Part shown: piece after piece, positions 19,935-29,951 of the stretch
How positions within the stretch are numbered: position 1 is the stretch's first letter
How the letters are laid out: every line of letters starts with the position of its first letter
NCBI GenBank assembly: GCA_046498225.1
Contig: JAWOBF010000059.1
Coordinates: 32,001-96,000, forward strand
Source of the DNA: Candidatus Aegiribacteria sp.
GTDB lineage: Bacteria; Fermentibacterota; Fermentibacteria; Fermentibacterales; JCC-6
Length of the DNA: 64,000 bases
Direction: 5' to 3'
Translations under genes and position numbers: made by a program
The notes under the pieces: model-generated
Database searches by the model: none
The model's input: the letters and a program-made list of their open reading frames with translations, nothing else
What the model was told of the DNA's origin: nothing

Positions 19935-21062
19935 CTATTGAACATCCTTCTGAAATATCCTGTAGGTCCTGTACTGGTCCGCCTTCAGGTCCCTCTCCAG
20001 TATCCTCCTCATGGACAGGTTGTCGTCCAGTATCCAGGAGAGTTCACCCCATATCACTCCCTGTTCCACATTGGACTTGATTATCCTGTCTATCAGGAGC
20101 GCTTCGAATCCTCTGCCGCGGTAAGCGTTCCTGACGCCCAGCAGCAGGACCCTGCTCCGGTCTATGTTTACCCTGAAGAACGGTACCTTCAGGGCGAGAA
20201 TAGCCTTCAGGAGGCTTCCCCCCGCCCTTTTGAATGCCTGGTTGGCGTCGGGCAGGGAAACTGCGAAAGCCACCGGCTCCCCGTCAACTTCAACGATGGG
20301 GGCCATTCGAGGGACCATGATCATCTTCAGCTCGTCGGCCATCATGTCCAGCTCTTCCTTGGTCATGGGCACGAACCCCCAGTTGTCCCGCCAGCATTCG
20401 TTGTAGATGTCCATGATCAGCGGAACTTCCTGGTGTATCCTCTTTCTGGAGATATCCCGGAGGACCGCGCTGCTTCTTCTGCGGACCATATCCGCGACCC
20501 TGGACATTCGGGAGTCCACGGCAAGCGAGGACCTGAGACTGTAGGCGTAGAGGTCCTTTATGGGGGCGAAACCTGAACCTTCCAGCAGGTCTTCGTACCA
20601 TGGGGGATTGTAGGGCATCATAATCAGCGGGGGTCCGTCGAAACCCTTTACCAGGAGTCCGCACTCCTCGTTGGTGGAGAAGTTCATCGGCCCTCTGATC
20701 CTTTCCATGCCGGCGGCTTCAAGCTCTTTCTGGCAGGCTTCCAGCAGGCACCGGGTAAGTCGAAGGTCGTTCTCCATCTCCATGAACCCGAAAAAACCGG
20801 TCTTCTCATCATGGTATTCGTTGTGAGCGTGGTTGACTATGGACGCCACCCTGCCCCGTACGGTCCCTTCCCCGTCCCTGGCAAGGAAGTACTCCACATC
20901 GGCGTGGCGATGGAAGGGGTGCTTGCTCCTGTCCAGGAGCTGACGCTGGAGATATTTGACCGGGGGAACCCAGTTCGGGTCATCCCTGTAAAGTCTGAAA
21001 GGAAGGTCGACGAAGCGGTTCAGCTTTTCCCGGCTGGCGACCCTCTCGATGGTAAACGGCAT
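19935..21062 (-). CDS. GNAT/YghO-like N-acyltransferase, putative bacterial ceramide synthase (bCerS)
   Basis: LY.DDPNWVPP, GFFGF.E, GP.NFSTNEECGLL, MPYNPP.Y, NWGFVP, ELSWILDDN; immediately downstream of the spt-like gene. Confidence 0.8.
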   Translation of the reverse strand: MPFTIERVASREKLNRFVDLPFRLYRDDPNWVPPVKYLQRQLLDRSKHPFHRHADVEYFLARDGEGTVRGRVASIVNHAHNEYHDEKTGFFGFMEMENDLRLTRCLLEACQKELEAAGMERIRGPMNFSTNEECGLLVKGFDGPPLIMMPYNPPWYEDLLEGSGFAPIKDLYAYSLRSSLAVDSRMSRVADMVRRRSSAVLRDISRKRIHQEVPLIMDIYNECWRDNWGFVPMTKEELDMMADELKMIMVPRMAPIVEVDGEPVAFAVSLPDANQAFKRAGGSLLKAILALKVPFFRVNIDRSRVLLLGVRNAYRGRGFEALLIDRIIKSNVEQGVIWGELSWILDDNLSMRRILERDLKADQYRTYRIFQKDVQ

Positions 21063-21075
21063 GGGACCTCCAGGA

Positions 21076-22269
21076 TCAGATTATGTCCAGCGCTTTTCCG
21101 CACTTCTCGAAGATCTCCAGGGCCTGATCGATCATTGGATCGGTGTGGGTAGCCATGTAGCTGGTCCTGAGCATCTCTCCTCCGCTTGCCACCGCCGGGC
21201 TCACCACTGGATTGGTGAACACACCCGACTTGTAGAGGCTCTTCCAGAAGAGAAGGGTCTGGACCTCGTCGCCGATGATGATGGGAACTATGGGAGCCTC
21301 TGAATTGCCCACGTTGTATCCCATGGAGGCCAGTCCCCGCCTGGCCCTCTCCGCGGCGTGATGCGACCTGGCCACCAGCTCCGGTTCCCGTTCAAGGACA
21401 TCGAGGGCGGCTATCACGGTGGCCACCGCCGCGGGGGGAAGACTGGCGGAGAATATCATGGTCCTGGCGGTGTGCTTGATGTATTCCATGACCCGGGCGG
21501 GACCGGCGGCGAAGCCTCCCACGCAGGCGAATGATTTGCTGAACGTTCCCACCAGTATGTCGATATCGTCATGACACCCGAAATGCTCCGCAGTGCCCCT
21601 TCCCCTCGGACCCATGGCGCCCACGCCGTGGGCATCGTCCACTATGAGCCTTACGCCGAACTCCCTGCTGATGTCCACCAGGCCGGGAATGTCCGCCAGG
21701 TCGCCCTCCATGCTGAAGACTCCGTCGGTTACTATGACTCCGGGATGCTCCCGGTTGTTCTCCAGCATGTACCTCAGATGCTCCAGATCGTTGTGCCTGT
21801 ATTTGAGCACCCTTCCGTAGCTCATCCTGGAGCCGTCTATGATGGAGGCGTGGTCCATCCGGTCGAGATAGATGATGTCGTTCCTCCCGGCGATGGTGGA
21901 TATCACGCCCATGTTGGACTGGAATCCGGTACTGAAGGTGATGGCCATCTCCTTGTCGAGGAACCGGGCCAGCTTCTGCTCCAGTTCTATATGAAGGTCC
22001 AGCGTGCCGTTGAGAAAACGGCTTCCGGTACAGCCTGTCCCGTACCTGTCTATGGCCTCTCTGGCACTGGCCATCACTTCCGGATGGTCTGTCAGCCCCA
22101 GGTAGTTGTTGGAGCCCAGCATGATGATGCTGTGGCCCTCTATCTCCATCTCCGCCCCCACATGCCCGCTCAGGGGAACGAAATATGGGTACAGGCCGGC
22201 TTTCTGGACCTTGTCCAGTCTCTCGTAGTCAAAACACTTCTGAAAGACGTCATTCGGCGATAGGATCAT
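21076..22269 (-). CDS. spt: PLP-dependent alpha-oxoamine synthase, serine palmitoyltransferase-like
   Basis: YPYF, GSNNYLGLT, GTGCTGSRFLNGT, DHASI, FSMEGD, DDAH, GTFSKS (PLP lysine). Confidence 0.82.
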   Translation of the reverse strand: MILSPNDVFQKCFDYERLDKVQKAGLYPYFVPLSGHVGAEMEIEGHSIIMLGSNNYLGLTDHPEVMASAREAIDRYGTGCTGSRFLNGTLDLHIELEQKLARFLDKEMAITFSTGFQSNMGVISTIAGRNDIIYLDRMDHASIIDGSRMSYGRVLKYRHNDLEHLRYMLENNREHPGVIVTDGVFSMEGDLADIPGLVDISREFGVRLIVDDAHGVGAMGPRGRGTAEHFGCHDDIDILVGTFSKSFACVGGFAAGPARVMEYIKHTARTMIFSASLPPAAVATVIAALDVLEREPELVARSHHAAERARRGLASMGYNVGNSEAPIVPIIIGDEVQTLLFWKSLYKSGVFTNPVVSPAVASGGEMLRTSYMATHTDPMIDQALEIFEKCGKALDII

Positions 22270-22278
22270 TAGTGCACC

Positions 22279-22344
22279 TTGTCAATAATTGAGTCAATAT
22301 GTAGCATTGCGCAAGAAGTTAATCAGGATACCCTCTGAAGTCAA
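22279..22344. promoter_or_regulatory. Overlapping divergent sigma70-like promoters
   Basis: Plus strand: TTGTCA(22279)-17-TAGCAT(22302). Minus strand: TTGACT(22344)-17-TAACTT(22321). Confidence 0.6.
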
Positions 22345-22355
22345 CGGATTCCGGG

Positions 22356-23294
22356 GTGGTTATGGGAACAACGGTCATCACTGGAGCTTCCGGCTTCCTG
22401 GGCAGCCACGTGGCCGAAACGCTCATTTCGGAAGGCGGAGATGTACTGGCCATGCTGCGCCCCACCTCATCCCCGGCCTTGGTTCCCGCGGGGTGCCCCA
22501 CCGCCCGGGTGGATTTCATGGACCCCTCTTCCATGGAGGAAGCCGTCTCGGGAGCGGGAGTGATCGTTCACGCGGCGGGAGCCACCAGCGCGGTGAGCCA
22601 GGAGGAGTTCGACAGGGCCAACGCTCTGGTGACCAGGAACATGCTGGCGGCACGTAATATGTACGCGAAGGATTCCCTTTTCATCTACATCTCCAGTCAG
22701 GCCGCCTCCGGACCTTCCGGATGCGGCCCCGTTACCGCCTACGGCAGGAGCAAACTCCTGGGTGAGCTGGCGGTGAAGGAGACGGGTAACTGGGTTATCG
22801 TTCGCCCTCCGGCAATCTTCGGACCGGGAGACCCGGCGTCCGCTCCGGTACTGAGAATGGCCCTGAAGGGCCTGTTCTTCTCACCCTGGATGAACAGGGG
22901 AGGGTTCTGCCTTGTCTTCGCACGCGACCTGGCGAGACTTACTGCGGACCTTCCCGACTTCCCGGATACCGTGGGAAAAACCCTGGAACCCTCCTACGGC
23001 AGACTCTATTCATGGAAGGATTTCCATCGTATACTGGAGAGGGCTTCGGGCAGAAGGATACTCCACGTGCGGGTGCCCCCCCTCCTGGTCCAGGCGGCGG
23101 GATTCATGAACGAGGCGCTTTCGTCCTTCGTGGGCAGGACGCCGTTCTTCTGCAGGGAAAAATGCAGGGAACTGCTGGCCTGCGGCTGGGAAGTGGAGGA
23201 TGGTCTGACCCGCCGTCTCACCGGATGGGAACCGTCCCTGACGGTGGAGGAGGCCATGGCCGAAACCCTGCGGTGGGTAGGGGGCCGCGGCTGA
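22356..23294 (+). CDS. NAD-dependent epimerase/dehydratase (extended SDR), putative ceramide reductase (CerR-like)
   Basis: TGASGFLG, ISSQAA, YGRSK, RPPAIFGPGD; divergent from spt. Confidence 0.8.
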   Translation: MVMGTTVITGASGFLGSHVAETLISEGGDVLAMLRPTSSPALVPAGCPTARVDFMDPSSMEEAVSGAGVIVHAAGATSAVSQEEFDRANALVTRNMLAARNMYAKDSLFIYISSQAASGPSGCGPVTAYGRSKLLGELAVKETGNWVIVRPPAIFGPGDPASAPVLRMALKGLFFSPWMNRGGFCLVFARDLARLTADLPDFPDTVGKTLEPSYGRLYSWKDFHRILERASGRRILHVRVPPLLVQAAGFMNEALSSFVGRTPFFCREKCRELLACGWEVEDGLTRRLTGWEPSLTVEEAMAETLRWVGGRG

Positions 23295-23303
23295 AAGAGG
23301 GTC

Positions 23304-23795
23304 CTACCTCTTGTACCCTATTCTCCTGAGGAGTTCTTTCCGGTTCTGGATGTCCTCCTCTATCTCCACGGCCAGCGGGGGCTCTCCGTCGATTATCCCC
23401 ATGACCCCTCCCCCCTGGTCGGTCCTGCCGACCAGGACCTGAACGGGATTAGCCGTGGCGCAGTATATTCGGCACACCTCCGGAACGGTCTTGACCTGAT
23501 TGAGTATCTGAATGGGGAAAACTCCATTGAGGACTATCATGAATGTATGGCCGCATCCAAGCCTGAGAAGGTTGTTTTCCGCAACCTCCCGGAGTTCCGC
23601 GCTGGTGCCGTCACTCCTTACCAGCCGCGGGCCGGAAGCCTCGGAAAAGGCCAGCCCGAACTCGGCTCCGGGGACCGTACCGGCCACAGCTTCGTAGAGG
23701 TCCTCCACCGTCTTGATGAAATGGGACTGCCCCAGGATGATGTTGCAGCCCTCGGGAAAGTCCAGTCCAACGACGTCCATCACCGGTCCGTCCAC
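23304..23795 (-). CDS. Adenosine-specific kinase (DUF355 family)
   Basis: GQSHFIKTVED, GLAF.EASG, GHTF, YCATANP, GIIDG. Confidence 0.9.
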   Translation of the reverse strand: MDGPVMDVVGLDFPEGCNIILGQSHFIKTVEDLYEAVAGTVPGAEFGLAFSEASGPRLVRSDGTSAELREVAENNLLRLGCGHTFMIVLNGVFPIQILNQVKTVPEVCRIYCATANPVQVLVGRTDQGGGVMGIIDGEPPLAVEIEEDIQNRKELLRRIGYKR

Positions 23796-23871
23796 TCTTA
23801 TCCCTCTTTTCTGTATATTTAGTAATAAGAATTATTAATTTGATACAAATGCTAAAATGCAAGACCTGACC

Positions 23872-25308
23872 CTAGAATCTCCTTCTCTTTCTGGCGGGGG
23901 GTATGTTCATCTCGGCCCGGTAGTTGGCCACCGTCCTTCGCTTGACCTCCATGCCGGAGGCTTTCAGAGCCTCCACCAGCCTGGCGTCGGACAGGGGTCT
24001 CTTCTTGTCCTCCGAGTCGATTATCCTTCGAAGTTCGTCCTTTACGGTCCTGCTGGATATTTCCCCGGTCTCACCGGTAAGAGCCCTGCTGAAGAAGAAC
24101 CTCATTTCATGTATGCCCCGGGGGGACTGAACATACTTGCCCTTGATGGCCCTGCTGATGGTGGACTGGTTGTATCCCAGGGCGTCAGCCACCATCTGCA
24201 GCGTCAGAGGGCGCAGTCCCTCCAGGCCGTGTTCGAAGAAATCTCTCTGATAGTCGGCCAGGAAGCCTCCTATCCTGGTAACCGTCTCCTGCCGCTGTCT
24301 TATGGCCTTTATGAACCATGAAGCCTTCTGGTACTTCTTCCTGACGTACTCCTTCTCCCTCTCGCTGCTGTTCGGGGATTCCAGTATTCTCCTGTTCCTC
24401 TCGGAAATCATGAGGTGGGGAAACCTGCTGTCGTTGAGAACGGCTTCGTACCTGCCTTCTATCTCCATTATTATCACGTCTGGTATCACCGCCGCGTTGG
24501 AGGAGGAGGAGAACTCGTTGCCGGGCCAGGGGTTCAGGACGGATATCCTGTCCATGGCCTCCTGCACGGCGTGGGGTGATACACCTTCGGCCGCGGCGAT
24601 ATCGCGGACCCTGCGCTCGGCCAGTTCGCTGAAATGGTCGGAGACTATCCGGTACTCCAGGCTTTCCCGGGAATAGCCCAGCTTTTCCAGCTGCATCTGC
24701 AGCGCTCCGGAAGCGTTCAGGGCGCCGACACCCACGGGCTCCAGCGAACGCACTATTTGCAGGGCCTTTCTCAGAAGGGCCGGATCTCCCTCCCAGCCGG
24801 TTTCCAGCTCGAACATGGGAAGGGAGAGGAGTCCGTGCCTGTCCAGGGAATAGACCATATAGACCACCGCCTCCTCCAGCTCCCGGGGAAGCCTCAGAGA
24901 CCACACCTGGTCCAGCAGGTACTGGTACAGTGTGGGTTCGTTGGGAGGTTCCGGCATCCAGGGTTCGTCATCATCCCGGTACGACCCGGTGTAACTGTCC
25001 CCGGAGTGCTCGTCCAGCCTTTTCAGGATGTCCAGGGTGTCATCCTCCTTGCTGTCGCTCCTGGATGGTTCCTCGTCCCACTGGTCCGATTCCCCGGAAT
25101 ACTCATCCTCCCCGTCCGTTTTTCCCGGGACGTCATCGGGGCTCTTCTGCTCCAGCAGGGGATTCTCCTGCAGCTCCTGCCTGATCATGTTCTCCAGGTC
25201 CATGGACGGCAGCTGAAGTATCTCCAGGGCCTGCCTGATCTTCTGGGTAAGGGCCAGTTTCTGGGTCTGGGTCATCCTGATGTTCTGATCGAGCCTGAAC
25301 TCCGGCAT
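23872..25308 (-). CDS. rpoN: RNA polymerase sigma-54 factor
   Basis: Gln-rich N-terminus, ENPLLE, STISRA, PLSD, RpoN box RRTVANYR; follows lptB. Confidence 0.95.
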   Translation of the reverse strand: MPEFRLDQNIRMTQTQKLALTQKIRQALEILQLPSMDLENMIRQELQENPLLEQKSPDDVPGKTDGEDEYSGESDQWDEEPSRSDSKEDDTLDILKRLDEHSGDSYTGSYRDDDEPWMPEPPNEPTLYQYLLDQVWSLRLPRELEEAVVYMVYSLDRHGLLSLPMFELETGWEGDPALLRKALQIVRSLEPVGVGALNASGALQMQLEKLGYSRESLEYRIVSDHFSELAERRVRDIAAAEGVSPHAVQEAMDRISVLNPWPGNEFSSSSNAAVIPDVIIMEIEGRYEAVLNDSRFPHLMISERNRRILESPNSSEREKEYVRKKYQKASWFIKAIRQRQETVTRIGGFLADYQRDFFEHGLEGLRPLTLQMVADALGYNQSTISRAIKGKYVQSPRGIHEMRFFFSRALTGETGEISSRTVKDELRRIIDSEDKKRPLSDARLVEALKASGMEVKRRTVANYRAEMNIPPARKRRRF

Positions 25309-25309
25309 G

Positions 25310-26062
25310 CTAGAGCCTGAACCTCTCTCCCAGGTAGATCTTGCGGGCTTCCGGATCCTCGGCCAGTTCATTGGCGGACCCGGATATCAGTATCCTTCCA
25401 TCGTACATTATGTATGCCCTGTCGGTAATCGCAAGGGTCTCCCTCACGTTGTGGTCGGTTATGAGTATTCCCAGGTTCCTGGCCCTCAGGTCCCGGACTA
25501 TGCTCTGAATGTCATCCACGGCTATCGGGTCGATGCCGGCGAAGGGTTCGTCCAGAAGGAGGAAGGCAGGGTCGGTGACCAGGGCCCTGGCTATCTCCAC
25601 CCTTCTCCTCTCACCTCCGGAGAGGGTATAGGCCTTCTGGTCCGCCACCTTCTCTATACCCAGGTCTGCAAGCAGGGCCGCCTGTCTCTTCCTCCTCTCC
25701 CGCCTGGTGAGCCCGGTGGTCTCCAGAATGCTCATCAGATTGTCCGCCACCGTCATCTTTCGAAAGACGCTGGATTCCTGGGGAAGGTATCCGATGCCCA
25801 GCCTGCATCGTTTGTACATCGGAAGGTTGGTGAGGGTTGTGTCGTCCATGTACACATCGCCTGAATCAGGTCTTATGAAACCGACTATCTGGTTGAACGT
25901 GGTAGTCTTCCCGGCGCCGTTGGGTCCCAGCAGACCTACTATCTCCCCCCTGCTCACCGAGATGGACACACCGTTGACCACGGCCCTCTTCCTGTATTTC
26001 TTCACAAGCTCCTCGGTCCTCAGTATCCCCGGGCCGTTCCCCGTCTTCTTCTCCCTGCTCAA
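25310..26062 (-). CDS. lptB: LPS export ABC transporter ATP-binding protein
   Basis: [43 protein letters not shown]. Confidence 0.97.
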   Translation of the reverse strand: MSREKKTGNGPGILRTEELVKKYRKRAVVNGVSISVSRGEIVGLLGPNGAGKTTTFNQIVGFIRPDSGDVYMDDTTLTNLPMYKRCRLGIGYLPQESSVFRKMTVADNLMSILETTGLTRRERRKRQAALLADLGIEKVADQKAYTLSGGERRRVEIARALVTDPAFLLLDEPFAGIDPIAVDDIQSIVRDLRARNLGILITDHNVRETLAITDRAYIMYDGRILISGSANELAEDPEARKIYLGERFRL

Positions 26063-27114
26063 AGGCTGCCTCCAAGATAGCTGTAAGTGCCTCTCACGTT
26101 TCCCGATACTATAACCTCCACCGCTTCTCCGTCCTGGAAGCTGATGCTCAGGCTGTTGCCCCTGACGGTATTCATCTCCTCCCTCTCCGCCGCCTCTCCA
26201 CCCGACTTCATTCGCAGGAGGGCCGAGCCTGTGAGCATCACCGAATCGGGGCTGCCCCCCTCGAACGCGAAGTAGGCTCTGCTGGATGAGAACCAGGTCT
26301 CGGCGGGCGGTGAGGGACCGGTGTCCAGGAAGTAACCGGACGCCCCACCCTCCACCCTTACCCAGAGAGGGTCGCCGCTGCTGTCCAGCTGGACTTCCAT
26401 CCAGTCACCGGAGAGCCTGCTCTCCTCGGATTCGAGAACCGGCGAGCCGAAGAACTCGAACCTCTCCTCGTCCCCGAAGTACCTCAGGTACTCCGAGGTA
26501 GAGATGAATTCCCTCGCGGGCATGAGGACGGTGGCGTTGCCCTGGGCCTCGGCGGAGTTGTCATCCGGGAAGAATTCCAGCCTGTCCGCCGTCACGGTGA
26601 GGCTGTCCCCGTCCACCACCCTTCTCAGGACAGGGTCCACGGTAATGAACAGGCTTCCCCTCGCACGGTCGTAAAGCGCGTACTGGCCCTCCACGTGTCC
26701 CACCGACGGGCCGGTCATCACCACATCCTCCCTGGCGGTGGCCTTTCCGGACTGGCGGAAATAGACTACTTCGCGGGCGCTGAGGACGGTGGAGCCGTCG
26801 GTGAGGACCACGTCCCCCGTCATGGTCACCATTCCCGCGTCCCTCACGTACTCCAGGTAACGGGACGTCCCGGTGAGGGTATCGGTGGTGACCCTGACGT
26901 CTCCGTAGAAACTGGCGTTTCCGGAATTCTGCCAGACGGTGCCGCTGTCGGAGGTCACGGTCACTTCCCCGTCGGTCACGGAAACGCTTCCCACCAGGTC
27001 TATTACCAGCTCACCGTCCTCCGCGCTGCGGCTGGTCGCCCGGTCGGCGGTGGTGGTGAAAACCCCGGCACCCACCAGCAGCAGCCAGCAGAGGAAGCAG
27101 GTGAGACTACTCAA
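26059..27114 (-). CDS. LptA/OstA-like beta-jellyroll protein
   Basis: Signal peptide, repetitive G.V.V beta strands, position between lptC and lptB. Confidence 0.75.
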   Translation of the reverse strand: MSSLTCFLCWLLLVGAGVFTTTADRATSRSAEDGELVIDLVGSVSVTDGEVTVTSDSGTVWQNSGNASFYGDVRVTTDTLTGTSRYLEYVRDAGMVTMTGDVVLTDGSTVLSAREVVYFRQSGKATAREDVVMTGPSVGHVEGQYALYDRARGSLFITVDPVLRRVVDGDSLTVTADRLEFFPDDNSAEAQGNATVLMPAREFISTSEYLRYFGDEERFEFFGSPVLESEESRLSGDWMEVQLDSSGDPLWVRVEGGASGYFLDTGPSPPAETWFSSSRAYFAFEGGSPDSVMLTGSALLRMKSGGEAAEREEMNTVRGNSLSISFQDGEAVEVIVSGNVRGTYSYLGGSL

Positions 27115-27646
27115 GGTCCAGCTCCCCCGAATACACCGCCGTGAAATCCTCTTCTATGTCCACGCCCTCCACCGCGCCAAGACCGGTGTCCAGGTCCACT
27201 CCCCTTCCGGAAAGGACGGTGTGTCCGGCTGAATCGGGTATTGTCAGCACCACCAGGCAGTCGCTGTGAAATATCTCCATGTCATCGTCCCAGATCATCT
27301 CCTGTGTCTCCAGGTGCCTTCCATCCTCCGTATCCGCAACCACGTCTCCCCATACTCTCATCAGGCCGGTACTCAGCTCCACCCTTCCCGAATCCCCGGT
27401 AAGTATAGTGGTGGGCACGTCCTCCTCGAAGAACGTGAGATGCACGCCGGTCAGTTCAAGGAGGCTGTCGCCCTCGATGTACAGGGCCATGTCGCTGAGC
27501 AGACGCCAGGACCTGCTGCCCCCGAGCGACTGGACCAGGGTGAACTCCTCCACAGTCTGGAGAGGTTCCCTGTCCGGGTCCATCTCAACCGGCTCGGAGC
27601 TACCGCAGGCCAGGAGCGCCGCCAGGACGGCGAGCCCAGCGCTCGT
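27107..27646 (-). CDS. lptC: LptC family periplasmic protein (start uncertain)
   Basis: W.L....A, GDV......G..L.T..M.WD pattern and synteny. An in-frame hydrophobic LLAC leader lies upstream of the ATG at 27583. Confidence 0.7.
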   Translation of the reverse strand, partial: TSAGLAVLAALLACGSSEPVEMDPDREPLQTVEEFTLVQSLGGSRSWRLLSDMALYIEGDSLLELTGVHLTFFEEDVPTTILTGDSGRVELSTGLMRVWGDVVADTEDGRHLETQEMIWDDDMEIFHSDCLVVLTIPDSAGHTVLSGRGVDLDTGLGAVEGVDIEEDFTAVYSGELDLE

Positions 27647-28511
27647 GTATCCATACCCACTGTTCGGGATCTTCGATCACCCACTCTTCTATTCTGGCTG
27701 TGAGGTCCTGTGTAAGCCTCAGGTACCCTCCGCTTTCCCGGTATTCGTCCAGCTCCAGGGGCCTGTCTATCTCCACCACGTAACGACGGTGGCCTTCCCT
27801 TGATATATGCAGGGTGAGGACGGGAATATCAAATCTCAGGGCCAGACGGGCGGGGCCCACCGGGGTCCTGGCGGGAAGCCCCAGGAATTCAACGAACTCG
27901 CTCTCCACGCCCATGGTGTCCTGATCTATAAGTATACCCACCGCGGTGTTGTCCCGCAGGGTCCTCATCAGCTTCGCCAGTCCGCCGCCCCTGTCGATGG
28001 TAACGGTGCCGTGACGGGACCGCAGGCCGTCGAGGTACTCCGCCGTTCCGGCCCGGCCTATCTTGCGGGTAACCACCCCAACCCTGTGGCCCAGGAGAGA
28101 TATGGACCTGGGAATCAGCTCCCAGGCCGAGTAATGGGCGGTGACGGCGATGACCCCCCTGCCCAGGGAGAGGGCTTCCGCCATGTATCGCTCTCCCCTT
28201 ACCTCCACCTCCTTCAGGAAATCCCGGTCGGACCTTGAGTTGAGACGCAGGAAGTCCAGCACACCGGCGATCAGATGACCGTAGACCCTGTGCAGGCTGA
28301 CCTCGAGACCCATCGGTCGTATCACGTGTCTTCGGTTTATTCTGAATGTTTCCCTCGACCTTCCGGGGACCAGCGAGGCGACCCGGCCCAGAACGGAGGC
28401 CAGCGGGGCCACGGACCGGCGGGGAAGTCTGGACGACAGGAAAACAAGCATCCTCGCCATGGGCAGCTGAAGTCGGTGCCTTAGACCGCGGAATGGTAGA
28501 TGAAAAGACAT
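27600..28511 (-). CDS. Lipid A late acyltransferase (HtrB/LpxL family)
   Basis: TAHYSAWE, LIDQD, VEFLG.PA, PEQWVWIHERW. Confidence 0.92.
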   Translation of the reverse strand: MSFHLPFRGLRHRLQLPMARMLVFLSSRLPRRSVAPLASVLGRVASLVPGRSRETFRINRRHVIRPMGLEVSLHRVYGHLIAGVLDFLRLNSRSDRDFLKEVEVRGERYMAEALSLGRGVIAVTAHYSAWELIPRSISLLGHRVGVVTRKIGRAGTAEYLDGLRSRHGTVTIDRGGGLAKLMRTLRDNTAVGILIDQDTMGVESEFVEFLGLPARTPVGPARLALRFDIPVLTLHISREGHRRYVVEIDRPLELDEYRESGGYLRLTQDLTARIEEWVIEDPEQWVWIHERWARRPGGAPGLR

Positions 28512-28516
28512 TCCGG

Positions 28517-29476
28517 TTACTTTACACCGGCCTGGAGGCAGTCGTGAAGGTAGAGCACACCCACGGGCACTCCATCACCGTCGGTAACCACCAGGGATGT
28601 AATGCCCCTCTCCTCCATCCTTGTCACCGCCACGGAGGCCAGCTCGTCGGGAGAACCGGTGACGGGCTCCCTTATCAGGACGTCGGCCAGAGCCAGGTCC
28701 AGCACGTTGGTCCTGTTCCGCATCAGCCTCCCCAGGTCTCCGTATACGAAGATACCGCTGAGCCTTCCATCGGTGTCAGTTGAGAAGCATACTCCCCTGT
28801 GGGCCGTCATTACGGCTACGGCATCCGAAAGCGGCGCGGATTCTTCCATCACGGGAAGCGGGCCGGAGTCCATCAGGTCCGACACCCTGGTGAGAAGCTT
28901 CCTTCCCAGGATGCCTCCGGGATGGAACTCCGCGAAATCCTCCGGGGAGAACTCCCTCACGCGAAGCAGCGCTATGGCCAGGGCGTCCCCCAGGGCCATC
29001 ATGGAGGTTGTGCTTGCGGTGGGCGCCAGGTCGTGGGGGCAGGCCTCCTTCATGCGGGGCAGGGGGAGTACCACGTCCGCGGCCCTGGAGAGGAGCGAAC
29101 CCTCTCCTCCGGTCAGCGCGACCACGGGTATGCCCAGCCTCTCAAAACATGGAAGCAGCTGGGCTATCTCACGGGTCTCACCGCTCTTTGACAGCACCAG
29201 GGCTGAATCGCCCTTCTGAATAAGCCCCAGGTCTCCGTGTATCCCTTCGGAGGGATGGAGGAAGTAGGCGGGACTCCCGGTGCTGGTCATGGTTGCGGCT
29301 ATCTTCCTGCCCACATGACCGGATTTGCCCATGCCGCATATCACTATCTTCCCGCGTGTCTCCGCCAGTATCCTCACGGCCCTGGAGAAACCTTCCGCGG
29401 CGAGTCTGGCGGTCTGTCTTATCCATTCCGCCTCGATCTCCATCACCCTCAGGGCCTCTTCGTAGAGGTCATCCAT
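28517..29476 (-). CDS. kdsD: Arabinose-5-phosphate isomerase (KpsF/GutQ, SIS plus CBS domains)
   Basis: GMGKSGH.GRKIAAT..STG, HGDLG, APTAST, HPGG.LG. Confidence 0.95.
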   Translation of the reverse strand: MDDLYEEALRVMEIEAEWIRQTARLAAEGFSRAVRILAETRGKIVICGMGKSGHVGRKIAATMTSTGSPAYFLHPSEGIHGDLGLIQKGDSALVLSKSGETREIAQLLPCFERLGIPVVALTGGEGSLLSRAADVVLPLPRMKEACPHDLAPTASTTSMMALGDALAIALLRVREFSPEDFAEFHPGGILGRKLLTRVSDLMDSGPLPVMEESAPLSDAVAVMTAHRGVCFSTDTDGRLSGIFVYGDLGRLMRNRTNVLDLALADVLIREPVTGSPDELASVAVTRMEERGITSLVVTDGDGVPVGVLYLHDCLQAGVK

Positions 29477-29951
29477 TATCCAGTTCCTTCAGCAGCATGT
29501 CCACTACCTCCCTGACCGCGCCATTCCCTCCGGGTCTCTGCGTAACGATATCGCATTCATCCCTGACCCGGGGGTGGGCGTCGGAGGGACACGCTCCCAC
29601 CCCGGCCTCCCTGATGGCGGGAAGGTCCATGAGACCGTCGCCCATGAAGAGTGCGCGTCCGCAGTCGATGGAAAGATGTCGGCATATCCTTCTCAGAGCC
29701 CCGGCCTTCTCCGAACTGCCCAGGCAGAGGATGTCTATTCCCAGGTCCGCCGCCCTTCTCCTGGTGGCGGCAAAGTCCCTGAAAGATATAAGGGCAACCG
29801 GGAAGGACCTGCTTCGAAGTTCCACCAGCCCCGCGCCGTCGCTGGAGCTGAAGCGCTGGGTCACGCCCCCGGGCCCGTAGTGAAGAGCTCCGTCTGTGAG
29901 CACGCCGTCAACGTCCAGGGCCAGGAGCCTGATCCCCTGCAGGGACTTCAC
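29469..29951 (-). CDS. kdsC: KDO 8-phosphate phosphatase (HAD)
   Basis: LDVDGVLTDG, MGD...DL, GG.GAVRE. GTG at 29951 overlaps the kdsA stop. Confidence 0.93.
   Translation of the reverse strand: MKSLQGIRLLALDVDGVLTDGALHYGPGGVTQRFSSSDGAGLVELRSRSFPVALISFRDFAATRRRAADLGIDILCLGSSEKAGALRRICRHLSIDCGRALFMGDGLMDLPAIREAGVGACPSDAHPRVRDECDIVTQRPGGNGAVREVVDMLLKELDNG

Noticed and set aside
21076..22269. Annotation as BioF or Kbl
   Set aside because: The GSRFLNGT/YPYF/GTFSKS motifs and the flanking GNAT and SDR fit Spt better, and no bio or tdh genes are nearby. Not formally excluded without a tree.
23796..23871. Very AT-rich patch as a possible foreign insertion or origin
   Set aside because: It is only about 75 bp with no DnaA boxes or repeats seen; best explained as a promoter region for the adenosine kinase gene.
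23905..23945. RpoN box variant RRTVANYR (Asn for the usual Lys)
   Set aside because: A single substitution in an otherwise intact sigma-54; no evidence of altered function, and I found no clear -24/-12 promoter in the window.
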